Source of the DNA: Histomonas meleagridis 2922-C6/04-290x
Lineage: Eukaryota; Protista; Parabasalia
Assembly: GCA_020184695.1 (NCBI GenBank)
Contig: JAANOX010000063.1
Location: forward strand, 62,001 to 126,000
Reading direction: 5' to 3'
DNA: 64,000 nt
Position numbers and translations under genes: made by a program. The notes under the pieces are model-generated. The model saw only the letters and a program-made list of their open reading frames with translations. It searched no databases and had not been told where the DNA came from. Position 1 is the stretch's first letter. Each line of letters begins with the position of its first letter. Below, piece after piece: positions 44,471 to 55,597 of the stretch.

Positions 44471-46243
44471 TTAATTTAAGCATTTCGCTTTACAGCCATT
44501 TTTTACCCAGAAACAGTAGAAAATTGTTGTTGCCAGTATCCCAGCGCCAACAGCTATGCTATAAACGAGAACCACATTAAGTCCCGTTTGTAGAGCAGAG
44601 AGACGTGGAGTAAACACAGAGCTTAACACATTTATACATTTAGTGTCCATGCTTCTCGATGTTGTATAATTCCCATAACTCAAGACGAAGTTATTTTGTC
44701 GTACAAAAATTTCATGATTTCCAAATGCGTTTTCCCCAATTTCACCAATACTATCCCCACAAAAAATAACATAATTAACATTGGGAGCATAAAAAGCATA
44801 ATCGCCAATGTATTCAGCATCATCATTAAGGAAAACAATGGATAATTGTTCATACCTATAAAATGCAAATGGCATAACTTTCTTAACTGATAAACCAAAG
44901 CTTGCAGCATCACACACTGGACAACCAAAGTATACAGTCGTATTGCTTTTGTCTAAAACATATCCAAAATCAGAATTATAATTAAAACTTGTGCTGTTTT
45001 CATCAACATCAATATCGGTTAAATTGGTGCACCCTATAACGGGGTTACCCAAAATGTCGGTTATGTTGTAGTGAATTCGGAGATACGTTAAGGAGGTGCA
45101 ATTCATAAAAGAACAATTACGAAGCGTATTGACAGAAAAAGGAATATCGAAATCTCTAAGGGAATAACAGAAGGCAAAACAATAACCAGGGATTTCTGTG
45201 ATGATGCTATTTTCAAATTCAATGGTTCGAATATTTATACACGCTCCAAACGCATATTGCGCAATCGATGAAATACTAGCTGGAACTAAAAATTTGTTAT
45301 CTCTGTAACCAGGAGGGCAACGGACGAGATGGGTTTTGTTCTTACTGTAAATTGTACCATTTATTTCCGAATAATGAATACTTTGTTCATCAACAACAAA
45401 TCTATACAATTCATTGCCTTGAACTAAGAAACCATCCATGAGTGTAATTATCCTTCTAGGAATATGAAATTCTGTGAGTCTAGATCTAGTAAAAGCATAT
45501 GGATTTATTGTCAAATCAGATCCTTCAGAAAAGGCAATATTTGAAAGAGTGGTAAGCGCGAACGCGTAGGTGTCAATAATTCTAACTTTCGACGGAATGT
45601 GTATTGTTGTAATATTAGATGACGAAAATGAGTACTGAGCTATGACTTCAGTATCTTCATCAATTTCAATTGGTTCGCTTATCACTTTAGGCGAAATCCA
45701 GAGGGAATTATTTTGATATAAAATTGATTTGATTAATTTAAAGTTTGGACTTTTGTTTCCAATACGTTTAATGCCTGTACATCCAGAAAAAGCGTTTGCA
45801 TAAATATTATGCACTTTTTCTGGTATATCAATCTCGGTTAGTGATATGCAATTTCTGAATGCAAAAGAATTGATAATTTCAAGACTATCAGGCAATGTAA
45901 TTGAGCTCAGGGCGTAACAGTTTTCAAAGGCGGAAATAGGTATTTCTTTGATTTGTGAAGAAATTTTAATTGATTGAAGGGCATTTAAGTCGAAAAAGCA
46001 TTTATTTCCAATACTTTCAATAGAATCTGTCATTTCAATCGATTGTAGGCTAGTGCATGATTGAAAAGCATCTTCTGCTATTGATTTAAAATTATCTGAT
46101 ATAATAATTTTTGTTATTTCGGATCTTTTTATTCCTTTATATAACACATCTTTGAAACTAACAGTATTGGTCCCGTCATATTCAATTGTCAATTCAGTAT
46201 CATTTAGTTTGGATATAACAAGGAAACAGAAGCACACAAACAT
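44471..46243 (-). CDS. BspA-like LRR_5 surface protein with C-terminal TM helix
   Basis: Repeats such as IEMTDSIESIGNKCF, ITLPDSLEIINSFAFRNC and IPASISSIAQYAFGAC; TM VVLVYSIAVGAGILATTIFYCFW. Probable start MFVCFCFLVIS at 46243. Confidence 0.9.
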   Translation of the reverse strand: MFVCFCFLVISKLNDTELTIEYDGTNTVSFKDVLYKGIKRSEITKIIISDNFKSIAEDAFQSCTSLQSIEMTDSIESIGNKCFFDLNALQSIKISSQIKEIPISAFENCYALSSITLPDSLEIINSFAFRNCISLTEIDIPEKVHNIYANAFSGCTGIKRIGNKSPNFKLIKSILYQNNSLWISPKVISEPIEIDEDTEVIAQYSFSSSNITTIHIPSKVRIIDTYAFALTTLSNIAFSEGSDLTINPYAFTRSRLTEFHIPRRIITLMDGFLVQGNELYRFVVDEQSIHYSEINGTIYSKNKTHLVRCPPGYRDNKFLVPASISSIAQYAFGACINIRTIEFENSIITEIPGYCFAFCYSLRDFDIPFSVNTLRNCSFMNCTSLTYLRIHYNITDILGNPVIGCTNLTDIDVDENSTSFNYNSDFGYVLDKSNTTVYFGCPVCDAASFGLSVKKVMPFAFYRYEQLSIVFLNDDAEYIGDYAFYAPNVNYVIFCGDSIGEIGENAFGNHEIFVRQNNFVLSYGNYTTSRSMDTKCINVLSSVFTPRLSALQTGLNVVLVYSIAVGAGILATTIFYCFWVKNGCKAKCLN

Positions 46244-46737
46244 GCTGGTCACAAAGCACTTTTTGAGTTTATTAAAAAATATTTTTTCAAACGTTTTTGT
46301 GGTTAATAAATTCAATTGATTTCATATTAAAATACGTTATCACTGATGAATTCAATAACGGGAACTGTCTTCATCAGAAAAACATAACGTCATTACAAAA
46401 ATTTTTCGGAACATCAACCTTCCAGTTTTTATGGTTATAAAATAACGATGATTTTTTATTCATTTAGCTTTATCGTTGGGAAACCGTTTAAAGCTTTAAA
46501 TTGGCCAATTCATGAATATAAATTGTATACAAATATTTCATTTATAAAAAATGAGATAATGTGTTCAAAATATTTTCTATATTTGATATTTTTCTAATTA
46601 GAAGGAAAGAAATGTTCTTACCATTCATGTTTGAGTTAATGAGTTGCGCACATTTATAAATGATATATTTCATTCCGAAAACAAAAGGTATCTTATTAGT
46701 TACTTTTATTAAAAATCATATTTGTATTTACCGCATT

Positions 46738-47634
46738 TCAATCACTCTGTCTTGTATAGTATGGATTTTCATTGAACATGATATCATGTTTTTTAAACAA
46801 GTACACAGATATCTGTCCGAGTAATGAAGGGACAAAATCAAACAAGAAATAATAGAAAAATGATATAATCCTTGCATTTGCATTTGGCATTTCGCCACTT
46901 TTTTCAAGCTGACTCGAGACATAATTTTGCAGGGGATTGATGCTAAAGTATTGCGTGCCATTGTAGAGCATTCTAAGCAGAAATATGACAACAAATGCGA
47001 TGATTCCAACTTTACAGAAATTAACACAACAGACGTCCTCAGGCTGAACCATCGGATAAGTTACGGCTTCAAGAAGTGAAAAAGCAGGTAGAGTAAAGAA
47101 AATTGCAATGATTAAATCTGTGCATGCACCCCAAAGAGAAAGTGAGATATCAGGGTCAACAGAGTCATGGAGATCATAAAAGCTAAGGAAAATGCCAAGG
47201 GCTACAAATGTAACAAGAAAAAGTATGAAAAGATATCTGAAGAATTTTGTTGAACGAGTTCCTGGGCTACGATATGTAAATAATAAATCAAAAAGAATAA
47301 GAATTACAAGGCACATAGAAGTGAATAATAATATGCGGTCTAAAGCAACAAAAAATATTTTGAAAGTTCTTGGTTCCCAATGGAAAGGAACAAGTGCTAT
47401 AGTTCCTCTGTATAACTGAAAAATAGCTAAAAATACCCAGAATACTGAAGTTTGGTCAATTATAGATTTTTTAGATTTGGAATTTTTGATATTCATTATT
47501 AAAAAGATAATGCTGACTAAAGATCCACCATAAAAAAGGATACCTAAAAAAATGCTTTCCGGAATATTACATCCAAACCCAGGTAATACATTTTTGCATA
47601 CAAATTCTTTGTCCCAATTATCTGTCGAATTCAT
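46738..47634 (-). CDS. Seven-TM protein, GPR137/TOM1-THH1-like
   Basis: About seven hydrophobic helices, a last helix YFLFDFVPSLL and a tail FNENPYYTRQSD resembling the GPR137 FDNPRRYDSD motif. Confidence 0.55.
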   Translation of the reverse strand: MNSTDNWDKEFVCKNVLPGFGCNIPESIFLGILFYGGSLVSIIFLIMNIKNSKSKKSIIDQTSVFWVFLAIFQLYRGTIALVPFHWEPRTFKIFFVALDRILLFTSMCLVILILFDLLFTYRSPGTRSTKFFRYLFILFLVTFVALGIFLSFYDLHDSVDPDISLSLWGACTDLIIAIFFTLPAFSLLEAVTYPMVQPEDVCCVNFCKVGIIAFVVIFLLRMLYNGTQYFSINPLQNYVSSQLEKSGEMPNANARIISFFYYFLFDFVPSLLGQISVYLFKKHDIMFNENPYYTRQSD

Positions 47635-47722
47635 TTTTAATGTCGGTTAACTCTCTTACAAAAAGTGGAATGGCTCAAAAGTGCCAAACGAGCGGCCGTT
47701 AATTATCTGCAATAAATTTTAA

Positions 47723-49261
47723 ATGTCTTCATCAAAACCAGAGAAAAGCAAACAACAAAAAGCCTATTTATTTGATGTTTCAGTTGTTTCATTACCATTA
47801 AATTTTGCTGTTCTTCTTAATCCTATAATGATAAAAAAATTAAAAATATCAGAATCAAACACTGCCTTAATTAAAAGCACTTCTGGCAACATAGCATTTG
47901 TCCATGTGTTTGAAGATTCTGGATGTCCTCAATCTGAAGTGAAAATTCCACGAACTGTTCAAATGTCATTAAATGCAAATATAGGAGAATCGGTTCCAAT
48001 CTTATCATATGAAAGTGAAAGTCAATGTAGTGCATTAAATATTGCGCCTTTATTTAATGATAAAGATGTAAATTATTCTTCTCGAGTTTCACAATATTTC
48101 ACATCTACTGCACGAACAGTTTCAAGGTGTTCTATTTTCATGCTTCTAATTGATGAAATTCCTCGATTTTTTCAAATCACGCAATGTTTACCAAAAGAAA
48201 GATGTATTACAACAGGGGACACAAAAGTATTTTTTGACAAAACAAAGTATGTGGTAACTGATTATCCAATTATTCCATATAGTTTTTCAGATATTGCATT
48301 TGAAAAAACTATTATTGAGCTTGTTCGAAATGCTGTTTGGCTTCCAATGAATAGACCTCAGTTATATGATATCCTTGATATTGATACATCTAGTGGCTTA
48401 ATAGTTTATAGTAAGAAAGGAAATGGAAAAACCGCTTTTTTATCGGCGGTTGCTAAAATTTTAAACGTTCCCACGAGATACGTTTATTGTAAAAATTTGG
48501 GGCACTCCAAAAATGCGATAGCACAAATTAGAAAAGTTTTTGAATTTGCTTATTCTCAAAATAAATGTCTTCTAGTTTTCGATGATATTGACTATATTGC
48601 AAATGATATTAGTAAATGTAAGTACTCTGAAGAAAGAGAAAGAACTGCACAATTTATCTCATTGTTAGATAAAGCAATGAAGAATCCAAAATTCTCAATC
48701 ATAGCTTCTTCATCTTCGAAAGGTAGCATTGATAATTCATTAATTCGTATTGGTCGATTTGGTTATGAAATTGATCTTGACGATGTAACAATCACAGAGA
48801 AAGAAGAAATAATACGTCTCAACACTCGAGGTTTAAGTAATCCTTCTCTTGATATTAGTTCTTTGGCTGCAAATTATACTGAAGGTTTTACAAGATCTGA
48901 TGTTGAAAAATTTTGTATGAATGCAATTGCAAAAATGATCAATCCGATGAATCCTTTAGTTGTTAGTGATGTTCCAAACAACTTAATTGCGTTTTCTACT
49001 ACAACAAAACTTAATCTAAATCACTTCATTGAGCGTAACATTCCAAGACGTGAATCATTTAATGATCAAGTAGACACAATCAATGCCTTTATTGAAGGAA
49101 ATCAATCACCACAAAAGATTAAGAACCCATTTGCAAGAAATACATATGGAGAAGAACCTGAAGAACAGAGAAAACCTAATCCTTTTGCTAATAGTGGAAG
49201 GCAAGAAACAGGCGAACATAGTCAATTTATGCAACGTGGATGGAAAAATCCATTTGCATAA
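47723..49261 (+). CDS. Divergent CDC48/p97-like AAA+ protein with N-domain and a single ATPase module
   Basis: N-domain-like first ~190 aa, Walker A variant SKKGNGKT, Walker B LLVFDD and SRH LIRIGRF; the tail has three NPF motifs. Confidence 0.75.
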   Translation: MSSSKPEKSKQQKAYLFDVSVVSLPLNFAVLLNPIMIKKLKISESNTALIKSTSGNIAFVHVFEDSGCPQSEVKIPRTVQMSLNANIGESVPILSYESESQCSALNIAPLFNDKDVNYSSRVSQYFTSTARTVSRCSIFMLLIDEIPRFFQITQCLPKERCITTGDTKVFFDKTKYVVTDYPIIPYSFSDIAFEKTIIELVRNAVWLPMNRPQLYDILDIDTSSGLIVYSKKGNGKTAFLSAVAKILNVPTRYVYCKNLGHSKNAIAQIRKVFEFAYSQNKCLLVFDDIDYIANDISKCKYSEERERTAQFISLLDKAMKNPKFSIIASSSSKGSIDNSLIRIGRFGYEIDLDDVTITEKEEIIRLNTRGLSNPSLDISSLAANYTEGFTRSDVEKFCMNAIAKMINPMNPLVVSDVPNNLIAFSTTTKLNLNHFIERNIPRRESFNDQVDTINAFIEGNQSPQKIKNPFARNTYGEEPEEQRKPNPFANSGRQETGEHSQFMQRGWKNPFA

Positions 49262-49448
49262 TTCCAAAAATTATAATTTGTTTATAAATGCTGTTTGATT
49301 TATTTTTTCTTATTACACCGTTATTGTTTAGCTTCTAATAATTTTTTTTATTCCCGATTAAAAACATATTTTTTTAGGATATATTGTCACTTTTCAATTA
49401 TAAACAACTCAATATAACCGTTTTCAAGTCACTTTTTAAAATATTAAA

Positions 49449-51575
49449 ATGTCACAGCACTCTTTCGTTGAAGCAAATGTTCATGCAATGGTAGAAATTT
49501 GTTTAAACTCAGATCTTGATCATCTTGAACAGTATGTTAACAACAATTTTGGACAAGGCTTTGGTCTTGATTTTTGTCTTGATGATCAAAAGCAAACACT
49601 TCTTCATATTCTAGCGGGAAATCTACAATTTGAATATTGGGACACAATACTTAGATGCTTTGTTTATGTAAATTCACCAGATGCAAACCAACATACACCA
49701 CTTCATATTGCAGTTTCCAAACGAAATATCAAAGCCATTCGAGCGCTTGTAGCTGCTGGTGCTTCTATGACCAATGAAGATGAGCATGGTGTTAATCCTT
49801 TTCAACTTGCTTGTAAAAGTGATTTTAAAGATGGTCTTGAAGTCTTTCTTAGCACACCCACTGGTATGCGTTATCTTAAGTCCAATTTTACCAGCAATGC
49901 TTGTTTATGTATCGATAATAATTCCATAGAATGTTTCAAAACAATCATTCGAAGTGTTCCTGAAGCCAAACTCAACGAACTCAATGAAGATGGCAATGCT
50001 CTTATACATTATGCTGCCCAAAGTAAATCCAAAAAGTTTCTTCGGGCATTATTAGATCTTAAAGTTGACATAAATCTTCCCAACAAATCCGGCTCTACAC
50101 CAATCGAATGTGCCACCAAAGAAAAGTCCGCAGTTCTATTGTATATTAAAGGCGCCAACATTCCAAAAGTCCAAAACAACAAAAAACTTCCTCCGATCAT
50201 CGAAAGCATTACGAAAGAAAGTAATTGGCAGTCCACAGGCGAATGTTTTACTCCATGTGAGTTACATAAGTTTGCCATGGAAGGTAATGCGCAAGGTATT
50301 TTATCACTTAATTCCAAGAAAGTCGATATCATTGATTGTTTTTCATATTCTCCATTAATGTATGCAGTTGAATACTTTAAAGATCCGACTGCAATTTCTG
50401 CATTACTTAAACAAGGCGCAGATCCCAATTTTCCATCGACAAAGTCTAAATCCAATTTAACAAATGCATATCATTTAGCAGCGTTAAAAGGTAATGCAGT
50501 AGCAATTCTTGAATTTAAGAAGAAGTTTGCACCGAATTTCTCATACTTAGATAAGAAAGGACGAAATTTAATATTATGTTCAATATTATCCAAAGATATC
50601 ACAACTATTAATGAGATCGTTTTAGCAGCGCCAAATATTGATGGACCTTTTGATCAAATAATTAAAGCATTATTATCGATAGAAAATGATTCAACATTAG
50701 CAGAAGTAACAAAAATATTAATATCGAAAGGTTTACCAGCTAAATCTGTTGATGAACATGAAAAGTCATTAATAATGTATGGAATTGAAACCGGGAAATC
50801 GAAATTTGTTGAAGTTTTATTAAATAATGGCGCGTTAACAGAACTTGAAGCAGATGATGCAATCATCACAGCTGTTAAGAATGATCAACCAGATATAGTT
50901 ATATCATTATTAAGTTCTACAAATCCATTACAATTAAATGTAAATCCATTAATAATGCATCAAGGATTACCATTAATATTTTATACAATTAATAAGTCGA
51001 TGGACATATTAAAAGTATTATTTACATCAAATCAAACAATTAAAACTCAAATAGATACTAAAGGTAATACATTTTTACATCGAGCTGCTTATTTAGGTAA
51101 TTTAGAATGTATTAAATATGCAATTGAAGTGATGAAAATTGATGTTAACATTATTAATAATCAAGGAGAAACACCATTACATAAGTTAATGCATGATTTA
51201 TCAAACAACTTTGAGAACAATTATAAATATTTAGTTGAAAAAGGTGCAAATATTAAACAACTTGATAATTCAGGTAATAATATATTACATTTCGCTGCCG
51301 AAAATAATAACAAAGATGCGTTAAGTATATTATTAGGATTAGAAAATGTTAATGAACCAATTCTAAGTGAAAATGATATCAATGAAATGATACAACAACA
51401 AAATAATGATGAAAGAATACCATTAGAAGTTGCATCGAAACATTTATCTGATTTAAAGAGTGCTTTTGCAATGAACAAGAAATGGCAACTTAAAATATTC
51501 GATGGTCCTATTACTGATGAAACATTTCAAGAGTTTGCACAAAAGAACTTATCGCCGAATGTTAAAAAAACATGA
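49449..51575 (+). CDS. Multi-ankyrin-repeat protein (uninterrupted repeats); probably the 5' part of an Ank-RhoGEF gene
   Basis: Many repeats such as HTPLHIAV, GNTFLHRAA and GETPLHKL. Its stop overlaps the next ATG just after an A7 run. Confidence 0.85.
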   Translation: MSQHSFVEANVHAMVEICLNSDLDHLEQYVNNNFGQGFGLDFCLDDQKQTLLHILAGNLQFEYWDTILRCFVYVNSPDANQHTPLHIAVSKRNIKAIRALVAAGASMTNEDEHGVNPFQLACKSDFKDGLEVFLSTPTGMRYLKSNFTSNACLCIDNNSIECFKTIIRSVPEAKLNELNEDGNALIHYAAQSKSKKFLRALLDLKVDINLPNKSGSTPIECATKEKSAVLLYIKGANIPKVQNNKKLPPIIESITKESNWQSTGECFTPCELHKFAMEGNAQGILSLNSKKVDIIDCFSYSPLMYAVEYFKDPTAISALLKQGADPNFPSTKSKSNLTNAYHLAALKGNAVAILEFKKKFAPNFSYLDKKGRNLILCSILSKDITTINEIVLAAPNIDGPFDQIIKALLSIENDSTLAEVTKILISKGLPAKSVDEHEKSLIMYGIETGKSKFVEVLLNNGALTELEADDAIITAVKNDQPDIVISLLSSTNPLQLNVNPLIMHQGLPLIFYTINKSMDILKVLFTSNQTIKTQIDTKGNTFLHRAAYLGNLECIKYAIEVMKIDVNIINNQGETPLHKLMHDLSNNFENNYKYLVEKGANIKQLDNSGNNILHFAAENNNKDALSILLGLENVNEPILSENDINEMIQQQNNDERIPLEVASKHLSDLKSAFAMNKKWQLKIFDGPITDETFQEFAQKNLSPNVKKT

Positions 51576-53176
51576 AAGGAACACCATTAATTACATATGT
51601 AATGGACAATTGTGAAAATAAGGATTCTATTGTAGGCTATGTCCAAAACTTATTATTATTCGGCGCTGATCCTTCTAGTCAAGACACAGAAGAATTAACA
51701 CCATTACATCATGCTATAGCATTAAAGAACAATGAGTTAGCGAAGATATTAATCGATGAAGGCTCATCATTCATCATAGGACCTATCATACGTGTATATG
51801 CTGAAGAGAATGGAACGCCTGAAATGCTCGACTTGATAAAGCAACCAGAAAAAAGAGCATCAGCAGTCGACGAATTTTTACAGACGCAAATTAATGCCGT
51901 GGATACAATGGCTGCGATATTGAAGTTTAAGAATCGATTTAATCGGCCGAACGAAGATTTAACAATTCGCTTTTATATGGATGAAGTCTCGAAAATGCAT
52001 CGATTGTTATCATTGTTTGTAGATCGCCTTCGAAAGATATCACATAATATGAAACCATCTGCAGAGTTTGGTAACTTCTTTATGTATTTTGTCGATGCAT
52101 TTATCCCATTATTAAATATACCAACTGTATATCATACGGCGTTAAGCGAAATACAACAAATTCCAGAGCTAGCGCAAATATTAACTGAAAGCGTTGGATT
52201 TAATAACTATAACTTGGCCGACACTTTGATTGTACCTGTACAACAATTCACGAGATATCATGAATTAATTAGAGCGATAATTAAGGCTACACCTCCCGAC
52301 CATCCGGATATAGCACAATTACAACGAGCGCATCTAAAATATAATAACTTAGGAAGAGCTTCAAACGAAAGAATGTTAATTGCGGAAAGTAGAGAAAAAC
52401 TGAAAACAATAACATTGAAATCAACGGTTAACGATAAGATGAGTCAATATAATCCAAATGATGTGTTGCTTTATCATGGATTATTCGAAAAGAAATCACC
52501 ACAATTACCTCCGGAAGGTACAAAAGTCTCCGAATCTTATGAATGGGGTCTGAAAACAAACCAAATTCAATCAGGAAAAATTAACGTGCAATATTATACA
52601 ACGTTCGGAAAAAGTTTGAAGTCGTTTATGAAGTCACAGAAAATTGGAATTTTTCTGTTCAGTAAGATAGCTTTGTTTGGTTTACAGAAAAACGAAGAAC
52701 TATTCAAAATCAAGTTTTCATGTCACTCCTCTGAAATTTTGTGGGACTTCTCAAAAAGTTTGGGGCCTGATACGTTCCAAATATGGACGCCAATAGGTCA
52801 ATTCGTATTAAAAATTGAACCTCCTAAGAACTCAACTGCAGACTTCGAAAAAACTCAGTGGAAAAATAACGTGGCAAAACTTTCAAAAATCGATGAATCA
52901 GAAATGTCAACTGTAAATGGTAAGGAAATTTGTTACGTTTCTTGGGCTGGTAAAGAAACTCATTGCGTGCACTCAAAATTGTTCATGGTTCATTGCGCAG
53001 ATAAAGAAGAAGCAAAGAAGAAAATATTGGAAAAATTGGAACAATTAGGAACACCAATAGAAACAATACCAAACCCAATGGGCGGTACAGAGCCATTAGT
53101 AAGCTTTTGGTTCCAAACACATTGTCCACCACAAGGTCAAGACACCGACATTTTGTCTGATGTGAACCTTCTTTGA
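51572..53176 (+). CDS. Ankyrin plus RhoGEF (DH) plus PH-like protein
   Basis: Starts mid-ankyrin (KGTPLI...LTPLHHAI); DH motif LADTLIVPVQQFTRYHELIRAIIKATPPDHPD. Confidence 0.85.
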   Translation: MKGTPLITYVMDNCENKDSIVGYVQNLLLFGADPSSQDTEELTPLHHAIALKNNELAKILIDEGSSFIIGPIIRVYAEENGTPEMLDLIKQPEKRASAVDEFLQTQINAVDTMAAILKFKNRFNRPNEDLTIRFYMDEVSKMHRLLSLFVDRLRKISHNMKPSAEFGNFFMYFVDAFIPLLNIPTVYHTALSEIQQIPELAQILTESVGFNNYNLADTLIVPVQQFTRYHELIRAIIKATPPDHPDIAQLQRAHLKYNNLGRASNERMLIAESREKLKTITLKSTVNDKMSQYNPNDVLLYHGLFEKKSPQLPPEGTKVSESYEWGLKTNQIQSGKINVQYYTTFGKSLKSFMKSQKIGIFLFSKIALFGLQKNEELFKIKFSCHSSEILWDFSKSLGPDTFQIWTPIGQFVLKIEPPKNSTADFEKTQWKNNVAKLSKIDESEMSTVNGKEICYVSWAGKETHCVHSKLFMVHCADKEEAKKKILEKLEQLGTPIETIPNPMGGTEPLVSFWFQTHCPPQGQDTDILSDVNLL

Positions 53177-53345
53177 TTAAATAATAAATTGAGCCGATAA
53201 ATATCTTTTAGATTAAGGAAAACTATTTGTAATTTTATGCATTTATTAAAGATGAAGCAAAAAATCTTTTTAATCGTTTTATATAGAAAAAGTTGCTTAC
53301 AACAGTTGTCATTTTATTTGTTCACAAATAAAAAATGACATTCTA

Positions 53346-54617
53346 ATGCAAAGAAGAGAACATGAAATAATAAATAAAAAATTTATTTTACCTCAAAAGC
53401 CAAATTCTTCTTCTTCTATAAACCCAATGTACTTAACAAAAATTAAAGCTCAAAAAGCATATCTTAAGCAATGCAAATCGACTCTTCAAGATTTAAATTC
53501 AGATCCATCAAAAAAAGCAATAAAGTTACGTCTAATATGTGAACGAACAAAATCAATTAAATCTAATTCAAAATTATTTAATGAATTTTGTCAAATTTAT
53601 CCATATCCATATTTTTTCCAACAAATTTCAGAAGGTGAAACACCTGAAATTCGAATTTATTCTTTAAAATCCTTTTCTATTTGCTCAAGTTCCAAATTTT
53701 TTCCAGTTCATAGATTTTCAAATATAGAAGTAATCAATTTTTTTCTCAATCTATTAGTTGCAAATGGGCCTAAATATTCCCCACATATCATTAATATCTT
53801 TAGTTCAATTATCTCCAAACGTGTTGATGTTCGACAATATATATTACAAAACAATATTTTTAATTTTCTTAATATATCATTATCAACAGCACGATTTATC
53901 GCAGCGTGTTTAATTTCACCACCCAATCTCCCCGAAGAACATACGATTATATGTTCGAATATAATTCTTCAATTATTGCAAACAAATAATTTCGAAATTG
54001 TCAATGAAATTCTTCCGATTTTCAGCAAAATTCCAGTCCAAAACTACAAAGGAATAAGTCCATTTATCATTGAATACATATTTACTGAAACGGTCACATT
54101 AAATGATCCAAAAATTGCAAACAAAATATTAAACATTGCGAAACACGTTAATTTAGATGAGAAGATATATATATTAACAGTTTTAAAACTTATGTTAAAG
54201 TTTAATGATATTAAATTACAAAGAAAATGTTTAAAGATATTTAACGAAAATTTCGAAAAATTCCAAAAATTTTCTTCGCAAATTTTCGATTTCATTTTTA
54301 CTTCAATTAATATTCAAAACGTTTCATATCTGATTGGGAAACAATGCGCGCAAATTGTTATTAATTACTTTAGGAATATAAATGAATTTAAAATCGATTT
54401 CTTGTTTTTGTTGTTACATTACATCGAAGATACACAAATTGGTCAAAAGTGTTTACGTTGCGTTTGCGAATTACTGTTTTTGCCGTTTCAGGAAAATGTT
54501 TTAAACCAAATAAAAAATGTGATTGCGGATTATCAAGACGAAATTGTAAGGTACCAACTGTCTGACAACAACGAAATATCGGAAATAGCTTCGTTGGTGA
54601 TGGATAAAATCCAATAA
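53346..54617 (+). CDS. Armadillo-repeat protein, divergent importin-alpha-like
   Basis: Basic N-terminus followed by helical ARM-like repeats (IINIFSSIISKRVDVRQYILQNNIF). Confidence 0.45.
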   Translation: MQRREHEIINKKFILPQKPNSSSSINPMYLTKIKAQKAYLKQCKSTLQDLNSDPSKKAIKLRLICERTKSIKSNSKLFNEFCQIYPYPYFFQQISEGETPEIRIYSLKSFSICSSSKFFPVHRFSNIEVINFFLNLLVANGPKYSPHIINIFSSIISKRVDVRQYILQNNIFNFLNISLSTARFIAACLISPPNLPEEHTIICSNIILQLLQTNNFEIVNEILPIFSKIPVQNYKGISPFIIEYIFTETVTLNDPKIANKILNIAKHVNLDEKIYILTVLKLMLKFNDIKLQRKCLKIFNENFEKFQKFSSQIFDFIFTSINIQNVSYLIGKQCAQIVINYFRNINEFKIDFLFLLLHYIEDTQIGQKCLRCVCELLFLPFQENVLNQIKNVIADYQDEIVRYQLSDNNEISEIASLVMDKIQ

Positions 54618-54957
54618 TTTTTGTATAATAAAATAGAAATTTGTTATTTTTTGAGAAATTATAACATTTGTTTCTTCATAATAAAATTTAATATTTGCCA
54701 TAATAAAATGAATTTTAATTACATTAGTTTCAAATATCTATTTGCAAAACCAGAGCGAGCCTTTTAGAGTCAAAATATTTGTTCTTCCTCAATTATAACA
54801 TTATTGAAGCTATACACCCATTGAATCGACTCAGAATAATTCAATCAAAATCATTTCGCTAGTTCAAACTAAGGATTTCTGCCCACTTCGAGCTTAAGTT
54901 TATCACAAAATATTAAAACAATTTTCACACAAAAAAATTCTGTGAACAAAAAATCAA

Positions 54958-55374
54958 ATGCTGCTTGTCGTTCTGTTTTTATGTATCAAGAAAATGGTTC
55001 CAAAAAGAGCCAAATGCGCCAGTTTCTGCTCACATAAGTTCAAAACATCCAATGAAACAAAAGCATGCTTTGCTGGATGCCTTCAAGTTGCACCTAAAGT
55101 TATAAATAAGAAAATAATATCACCTCCTCTTTTGGATAATGACGACAAACTAACTAGGCTTGATGTAGAATATAAATGCTATAATAATTGTTATCAGAAT
55201 TATGGTTTTTGGTCATATTACTTTACGTGCGCTTATACTTGTCTGCGTTATGATCAAAAAAAGGGAATTAAAAGCTGCATATGCGGTGATTCTGATAGTT
55301 TGAGTAATGTATCATGTCGTGTAGGGTGTCAATTCATGGATGACTATTGGAAATTGGAAGGAGGTTGGAAGTAA
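54958..55374 (+). CDS. Small predicted secreted Cys-rich protein
   Basis: Short hydrophobic N-terminus; CX3C motifs CASFC, CFAGC, CYNNC, CAYTC and CRVGC, plus CICG. Confidence 0.7.
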   Translation: MLLVVLFLCIKKMVPKRAKCASFCSHKFKTSNETKACFAGCLQVAPKVINKKIISPPLLDNDDKLTRLDVEYKCYNNCYQNYGFWSYYFTCAYTCLRYDQKKGIKSCICGDSDSLSNVSCRVGCQFMDDYWKLEGGWK

Positions 55375-55597
55375 AATTCCAAAATTTTCGAAAACATATG
55401 TTTTTAAAACAAAATTATTTTGAATAATAATGTTTTGATATAGGAGGAATTTTGATTAACGAGTGTATCTCTATAGATATAATCCTTTTTGCATTTCAAA
55501 GGCATAAAGATATTTGATTCACATGTGTTTTTTTATTACTTTTCTCATTTTATTCCTTGCCAACGTAAAAGTGCACTTTTTTATAGGCGGCAAAATT

